A stretch of 63,024 nucleotides of DNA, counting the filler. It is 8 parts of 8 records of this genome, joined end to end, with 100 filler letters (N's around TTAATTAATTAA, not from the genome) between each part and the next. Parts side by side here need not be neighbours in the genome. Positions count along the whole stretch, not along the records: positions 49,080 to 57,352 come from SRR2962707_5276; positions 57,453 to 63,024 come from SRR2962707_5301; 6 more parts are not named here. One strand, written 5' to 3'. A program made the translations under genes and the position numbers. The notes beneath the pieces were generated by a model, which had not been told where the DNA came from, did not search any database, and worked only from the letters and a program-made list of their open reading frames with translations. This document shows positions 56,321-63,024 of the stretch, piece by piece (the first letter of the stretch is position 1; each line of letters starts with the position of its first letter).

Positions 56321-57019
56321 TTATCTCACTACTTCAAACTCAATGATCTCTTTTGTGATGTTGTAAAACACATCATAAGCTTTCACTTCAATACTTACAC
56401 TGCCTACTCCAACTTTGGCCAGTTCCTTAGATAAGTCTATAAATGATAAATCCTGGCTGTCAATTCTTGGATTGTCATTGATTTTATAGGTGACCCGATG
56501 AATTTCGGTGTTGACGTCCGCTAAGCTAACGGTCAGTTGTACACCTTTCGAAAAGACAGGCTTACCCTCTTTGAAGGCTACCGGTGATGTTCCAAACTTG
56601 CTTGCTACAACAGGGCCACTTTTATCAATGTATACCTTGTCTGTTCGTACCTGCTCCTGATTTCCTTGATTGTCTACACTATAATATAGCATGGTATACT
56701 CTCCTTCTTCAAGGTCGTGAGGTACCATCTGACGGCCATCAGATTGCATATAAGGGTAGTCGCCTATCTTGAAATAGGTTGTTTTAACGCCTGATCCCTC
56801 CTCTACTATTTTGAACTTGATTCGGGTGACAGGACCAAAAACGAAATCCCCGGATTCTGTTCTTAATAGGTCAGTATGAGGTGCAGTAATATCCTTCACA
56901 ACCGATACGGTGTTAGTGGATGAATTCACATTGGCTTTGTCCAGTGTCAGTTGAGCAAATGATCCTATACTTATTAGGAGTAGGCCGAATACGTTTATTA
57001 ATCTTGGTGATAAATCCAT
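56321..57019 (-). CDS. Secreted beta-rich protein with OmpL47-like/Ig-like repeats
   Basis: Signal peptide, DITAP, SGVKTTYFKI, YYSVDNQGNQE, IDKSGP. Confidence 0.7.
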   Translation of the reverse strand: MDLSPRLINVFGLLLISIGSFAQLTLDKANVNSSTNTVSVVKDITAPHTDLLRTESGDFVFGPVTRIKFKIVEEGSGVKTTYFKIGDYPYMQSDGRQMVPHDLEEGEYTMLYYSVDNQGNQEQVRTDKVYIDKSGPVVASKFGTSPVAFKEGKPVFSKGVQLTVSLADVNTEIHRVTYKINDNPRIDSQDLSFIDLSKELAKVGVGSVSIEVKAYDVFYNITKEIIEFEVVR

Positions 57020-57296
57020 TGCTGTTTATGTATTGAATTTGAGGTGCAAAGCTGAACTAATAACCAGGTATTGAAAATCGGTGTAAGAGAGGTATTTGAG
57101 CTAGGTGATATGATTAGAGATACACTAGGGGATTTTTAAGTTGGAAATTCACAACTTATTGACAATCTGACTACTGCTACTAGCTACCTCAAGTAATCGA
57201 GTAATTGAAGTTTGAATAATCCTCTTTACGGAAATCCAAAATCATCATGAACATTCTATAGTAGGACCCCTTGTAATCCCTCAGCAAAAAGGGCAT

Positions 57297-57327
57297 AAAA
57301 AAACCTCAATCCGGAGATTGAGGTTTT
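57297..57327 (-). terminator. Rho-independent terminator after the tRNA
   Basis: AAAACCTCAATC-CGGA-GATTGAGGTTTT, a perfect 12-bp stem. Confidence 0.8.
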
Positions 57328-57337
57328 GCAAAGATTG

Positions 57338-57352
57338 TGGGCGCTGAGGGAT
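57338..57352 (-). tRNA. 3' end of a tRNA (possibly tRNA-Val), truncated by contig end
   Basis: Minus strand ATCCCTCAGCGCCCA resembles a T-stem and acceptor strand and is followed by a terminator. Only 15 nt are visible. Confidence 0.45.
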
Positions 57353-57452
57353 NNNNNNNNNNNNNNNNNNNNNNNNNNNNNNNNNNNNNNNNNNNNTTAA
57401 TTAATTAANNNNNNNNNNNNNNNNNNNNNNNNNNNNNNNNNNNNNNNNNNNN
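57353..57452. other. Artificial contig linker
   Basis: Same spacer. Confidence 0.99.
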
Positions 57453-58130
57453 AACACAAAAACACAAAAACACAAAAACACACAAAAAAAAAACCAGCTG
57501 AAAAAACACACACACACACACAACATACAGGGCTGAAGACTTCGCGACTTCGCCCCACTTTCGCTTCGGTGCACAAGCTCGGCTCGATGGATTTAGTTGA
57601 ACCAAAAAAGAGCACCCTGAAGAAGTGAACCACCACCACCACCACCACCACCCACCTGTTATCGAACGAACAGAAGAGGGGCGGAACTCGTGGCTTGTGG
57701 TGCAGGTGCAGAGGTGTTGTGGTGCGCGCACACACACCCTCACCCAACCGCACAGGCACAAAGCACTGACAACGCACACACAACGCACACAGGAAACACA
57801 ACAAAGCACGCACAAAGCACTACATACATCATCATGATCATTGCTATTTTAATAAGAGTCTGCGTACATTAGATACAAAGCACACACATAAACACCCAAC
57901 AGAGCACGTTACAACACACCAAGACACACACACAGAGAGAGAGCACTAAGAGCACGCTAAACACACGCGAAGCACACTCAAAGCACACACAAATAAATAA
58001 ATAAGCGCACACGAAGCACACGACATACATCGAACATGGTGTACGTAATGTACAACATTACGTGCAACATACATTGACATACTACTTATAGAAAGCACAC
58101 ACAAAGCACAAAGAGGAGGAGGAAGGGAAG
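57453..58130. repeat. CA-rich low-complexity/microsatellite region
   Basis: (AACACAAA)n, (CA)n and (CCA)n tracts. Confidence 0.7.
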
Positions 58131-58301
58131 AAGGAGCACGAGGAGGAGGTTTTTTTTCGAACTCGTTTCGGAACGAAAACGAGAGAAGCGAAGACGAGAC
58201 CGCACTGCTTCTCACAGAGTTGTTTGCTCGGTGGTGGGTGGTGGGGTTAGTTGGCGACTCGTTCACATCTGATTGGAGCAACGGGCCGCAGCTTCTCCGG
58301 T

Positions 58302-59930
58302 ATGGCGGCGGTTGCTTCTGCAAAGGAGAAGCTGGTGGGAGATGGGTCCACCTCGATGGTCATGCCAGCGATTGTAACGCCTCTCACGAAAGACGGTTCC
58401 CTGGATGAAGACAGTGCCCGTCGGCTGGTGCGACACCTGTACGCTCAGGGCGTCGGGGGAATATACGTTTGCGGGTCCACAGGCGAAGGCTTGTACTTGG
58501 ACCGCGCTACCCGACGGTGAGTAGAAGACGGCACATTCGTGCTCCACCGCGCCCGTTTGGTAAGGCATATCATGAACGTAGCCATTCCATTCACTTCCTT
58601 TGACTGTATTTGTGGCGCCATTCTGCAGGCGCATGACTGAGGTGATGGTGGAGGAGTCGGCAGGGAAAGGCAAAGTTATCGTCCACGTGGGTGCCGCAGC
58701 AGACCAGGTTGGTGATGGCACATGCTGGCAGTGTGCTCGACACCATGTACTGCTGCGGAGCATCAACAAAGTGTCGCAATGCTTGTTCACGCGTGATGCG
58801 CTGGGATTTGTTTTTAATAGGACGCGTTCCACCTTGCACGCCACGCTGCAGCAACTGGTGCTGATGCCATATCGAGCCTTCCGAAGTTTGTTGGCGGTGG
58901 GCACAGTTTCACCGACACTTTGGAGTTCTATCGCACACTTGGTGCAAGCACGGAATTGCCAGTGCTTGCATACTATATCCCGCAGGCACGTATTGTGAGC
59001 TGTGCGGCAGCGCTTTTGCTGCACACTGTACACTGTGAACTCACTTTTATCTCACCATCGGGCGCACCGGTCGCTGACGTTGCAGGTAACGGGGGTGAGC
59101 TGGACATTGGGCCAAATTAAGCAGCTACTTGCACTTCCTGGCATTGGCGGGCTGAAATTTAGTGCCTTGGACATATACAATATTCAAGTGCGTCGCATAT
59201 TTGGCAGTAGATACAGGCTTGTAAGTGTTTGAGCCAGCTGGTCACTGTATTGTTAACAATCTTGTTTGGGCAATTTGCTAGCGGCTAAAAGCCATCGGTG
59301 CACTGAACGCTGAAACGCAACTAGCATTTAGCGGGCCAGATCAAATGTTCGTTTTTGGTCTCCAGCTTGGTGCAGATGGCGGCATCGGCACCAGCTATAA
59401 CTTTTTGGCCCCGCAATTCATCAACGTACGTATTTGTCTCTAATCTCCTTCGTTGGTAATCGTGTTGTGTGTGCTGATTGAATTCCGCGGGCTTCGACTC
59501 GTTTTCAGGCAGAGCGGTTGGTGCGCTCAGGCGACTTCAAGGGTGCGCTAGAAGTGCAAGAAACGATTAACGAGGTGAGAATTTGGGTGTGCGATGATAT
59601 CAATGGTCCACGTCGTTTTTTGCGACGTCATCCAATTCTGAGCATTTTTGTTGGTGTGCTCAGGTGTGCGAGATCTACAAGTCCTTCAATCAAATGGCAG
59701 CTTGCAAGTTGATTCTCTTCTGGCAAGGGTTGATTGAGTGCCCGCGCAAGGTGCCGTCCTTGCCTGCCCTCAACCGGTCCACACCCACTTCAAGGCATTA
59801 TCTCAATTTCTGATCCATGCTGGTTGATGTTGTGCAGGCCTCCGCAAGCAGCGCGCTGTCCGAAGCACAAGCTGAGGAGCTGCGAGCTCGGCTTGAGTCC
59901 ACCCTTCTCGGCCCAACTTTGAAACGTTGA
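58302..59930 (+). CDS. NPL: N-acetylneuraminate lyase (DHDPS family), multi-exon
   Basis: PAIVTP, GIYVCGSTGEG, IVHVG, YYIP, GLKFS (Schiff-base Lys), GADGGIGTSYN. Confidence 0.8.
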
Positions 59931-60186
59931 CGCTGTGTTGACCTTTTTTTTTTGACATGGAAATTCAATGTATGACACGTGCCGTGCATTGCCCACTGAT
60001 GAACAGGCACACCATCTGTAACATTAGTGAATTGAACAACGGCCGTGGCTTCGAGCAGAATGCTGTGCTCAGCTTGCGGAAGTCTCTCGACGCTATTTCA
60101 ATGGCTTGGGTCGGCAAGGGCAATCATTTGCTCATATGTGTAAATCGCAGTCTAAACCACGCAGGCATCAGAACGAAAACAATGTG

Positions 60187-62863
60187 TTACATCGACGCGC
60201 ATGCCATCACATCGGTCGCGCTAGCAACGATCTGAACAAAACGGAACTTTTCGTTTTCATTTCTCGGACCTGATGCCCGTCATCCCACTCAATCGCAACC
60301 CCATAGTTACCCCGTTTGTCAATCTTGAGGGGCTTCACGTCGTCTGACACAGAGGCCGGATCAAGAATCTGCAAGACAGCCCGCGCACAGCAAACCCACA
60401 AACAGGTAAGCGTCAACAGAAGGACATTGGTCAAAAGAAAACAACAAGAACTCCAAGGGAAGAAGGGCAGCAAGTACCTGCTCTCCTGTCATTTCATTGA
60501 TGGACGCAGCGTCACGGCTATCGCGGCGCAAGGCGGCAGGGTTGATTACGAATTCTGACCCCGCCAGATCGCCGGAAAAAATGCGAAGGACAATGCCTCT
60601 CTGCTCGTCGAACTTGACTTGAACAGCACCTTCCACCCGAGAATGCAAAGCGGCGGTTGCCTATCGTGTGCGCGTGCAGTGAAAGAGCAGTTGATGAGAA
60701 ACTCTCAGCAGCGACACCCACACAACACCAAGGGGGGGTAGTGGAAGAAAATGACGCACCACAGTCGCAACAAGATGCTCTGCAAGAGGCCCAAAGTCTT
60801 GCGTTCGGACTGTAGAATCAACCACAACCGCCGGAGTTCCATTCTCTCCGGCAGCTGAAAAGCTTTCCCGAATCGGCCTTCCACATACGCGCAAGATTTT
60901 TTTCCATCAAACACAGCGGGTTTGGGCGACACATCCGATGGTATCAAAGCCACGTTGAACATAAAAGGGTGTACGTACATCGTAAAGACAGATGACTCTT
61001 TAATGTCTTCGAACTTTTTGACGATAGCCTGACCAGACAAAAATATATGCAGCAATCGTGACAAATAATTCGGAAAGCAGTGCAATCCCAGGGTCGAATC
61101 ACAACACACCTCCGCGCTGCCGCGACCGAACGGATAGTATCTCTCCCCCGTCCCTGGTACGTCAAAGTGTGCCATATTCTCGACGAGGCCCATCACAGGA
61201 ACCTAAAACAGCAAACCCATACCAATTAGACATCTATTCGTTATGCATTGCATAAGGGACAAGATGAGTAAGGCGCATTGCACACCTTCAGCGTGCCAAA
61301 CATCTCAATTCCTTTGACGACGTCCACGAGACTGAGTTTTTGGGGAGTTGTCACAACCACTGCGCCGTCGAGTTTAAGATCCTGGCAAACTGTGATGTGG
61401 ATGTCCCCTGTGCCTGGCGGCCTTTCGCACACCGAAAAACGAAACACAGAGCCGCAAATGCAGTAAAACAAGGCGCACAGCGTAAGAAAGCGAGGCTTTG
61501 CAGTGAGACATGCTGCAACACAAACAACGCAACGCACATGTCGACAAACAAATAGTCCAGATCCCCCCAGTCGGTGCCCTGAATAATCTGGCTCACAATC
61601 TGGCTCACCATTGGACCTCTCAAAACAGCCGCGGAGTCGGACATGTACCTGGACACACATCAGCGAGGCAATCAACGAAAAAAAAAGAAAGAAAACAAAA
61701 ACGAAGATACACAATGCATCGGTCCCAGCGTGGTGAAAAAGGCGTCTCGCCCGCTTGCTTGCCGCGACGAGACGCGGCGGTCAGGCATGACAAATAGACA
61801 GTTACACCACTTACGACATGCCGTTGCTCCCGTTTCCTTCAGACTGTTGGTCGGCGGGCTTGGCAATCCAACCGTAAGACATCAGCTTTACACCGTTGTA
61901 CTCGGGCGGGCCAATCAGATCGTTGTTCTTGCTCTTTCGAATCGGCAAGCTACCTTCTGGCAACTTGACGAGCACTGGGAGACTGGGGCCTGTCGCGCAA
62001 GCAAAGTTTCAAAAAAGAGAAGACAAATGAGCAAAAACGCGCTCATGAACGATGGAGCAAGCGCGATGTATTGTCAATCGCCGGATGAACATGAATCGAA
62101 TGGTTGAGTGACGGACCATAGATGTCCGCATCGATGAGCCCGACACGCCCTCCCATGGCGGCCACCTGCGCACGTCACCAGCGTTAAAAAATACCTGTGC
62201 GCCTTTGGTTGTTGTGCAAAGCACACTCATTCTAAAGCACACATTCACAAACGCACCTGAAACGCCAAATTCGTCGCAATCGTGGATTTTCCAACCCCAC
62301 CCTTGCAACTGCTGACAGCAATGATTTTCGCCACATTCTGGAGTCCCGGAGCCGTCGTTCGCTGCGCCGGCCGCGGTCGCACCAGATCAACAGAGATATT
62401 GGCATCAGCCACCCCGTCGAGTGCGAGAAGCTGCTCGCGCAGATTTTCAACGTCCGCTTTCGGGTACGCTCCCGTGCTTGCCTGCCAATTATGGCATTTG
62501 TGGTGTAAGGGTGTGAATGGAATTTGTTAGCAATTGACAACGGCAACAACTGCGCAGGTAGTCAAGATTCTATCTGCACATATTAGCAAAACAACCCCGC
62601 ACAATTGTTGTTCAACGCACTTGCAGCACAACGTGTACGCCGCTGGTGTCAGCGTCCACAGACTGCACTTTGAAGAACCGTTCGTCCAATGCTTGCGCGA
62701 TGGTGTCGTTGACTAACTCAAGCGCAGCAGGCGCTGCTGCTGCAGCACCACCGGCAGTTCCGAAGCTGCGAGCCGTAGACCCTAGACGAGCAGCGCGTGC
62801 GAACGTCCAACACGGGCGTGCGCGCAAAGCCACGCGGCCTAGCTTCGCGAAAGAGGTCCACAT
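60187..62863 (-). CDS. HCF101: HCF101-like Mrp/NBP35 Fe-S scaffold ATPase with C-terminal DUF971, multi-exon
   Basis: [60 protein letters not shown]. The 3' end is approximate. Confidence 0.85.
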
Positions 62864-63024
62864 TGTGGTCAAGAGGCACCTCCTACTCTTCGACTCTTTG
62901 TTGTTTTTGTTACTTTTTTTGTTTGCTCCTGTTTCAAAAGTGCGTGAGAGCCAAGGTGAGCAGCACTGATGGGGGTTGGTGCAAAAAAAAGAACAAAAAA
63001 AAGGGGGGGGGGGAACGCAAAAGA

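Noticed and set aside
57453-57515. Possible telomeric repeat at the contig start
   Set aside because: Only a few irregular AACACAAA units merging into (CA)n; more like intronic low-complexity DNA.
58251-58301. GRSFSG in frame just before the lyase ATG, resembling the MPP-like motifs
   Set aside because: An in-frame TAG precedes it and I see no upstream ATG or credible intron, so it is probably 5' UTR. It shows such short motifs can arise by chance, which is a caveat for the polyprotein cleavage claim.

Overview
The window is not one locus. It is eight separate contigs joined by artificial 100-nt N/TTAATTAATTAA/N linkers, so no synteny can be read across linkers. Contig 1 (1-14211) is alphaproteobacterial: a frameshifted DUF72 gene, a pecM/pecS-like EamA-MarR pair with two palindromic operators, an Omp25-type porin, then a tRNA-Leu-anchored genomic island (integrase, three c-di-GMP enzymes, a MITE-like element). 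Contigs 2-5 and 8 are intron-containing protist DNA: glutathione synthetase; a cyclase/UDP-GlcNAc pyrophosphorylase fusion; a four-enzyme kynurenine-pathway polyprotein (HAAO-ACMSD-ALDH8A1-RidA); a SWEET transporter with a presequence-like N-terminus; a WW protein; an ATP-grasp protein; a large disordered protein; a sialate lyase; and an HCF101-like ATPase. Contig 6 (41082-48979) is an apparently complete 7.9-kb element bounded by tRNA-Asn att repeats, with integrase, Xis/AlpA, an SSB-like gene, a rolling-circle Rep_trans gene and repeat-bounded cargo that includes a McrB-N/DUF3883 nuclease. Contig 7 (49080-57352) is ordinary Bacteroidetes-type housekeeping DNA. The best candidate for a new system is the kynurenine polyprotein: its domains follow pathway order, all three junctions lie inside uninterrupted reading frames, and R-x-F-S motifs resembling mitochondrial processing peptidase sites precede three of the four domains. 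The rolling-circle integrative element ranks second. All family assignments come from motif recognition by eye; no database search was run, so novelty is untested.
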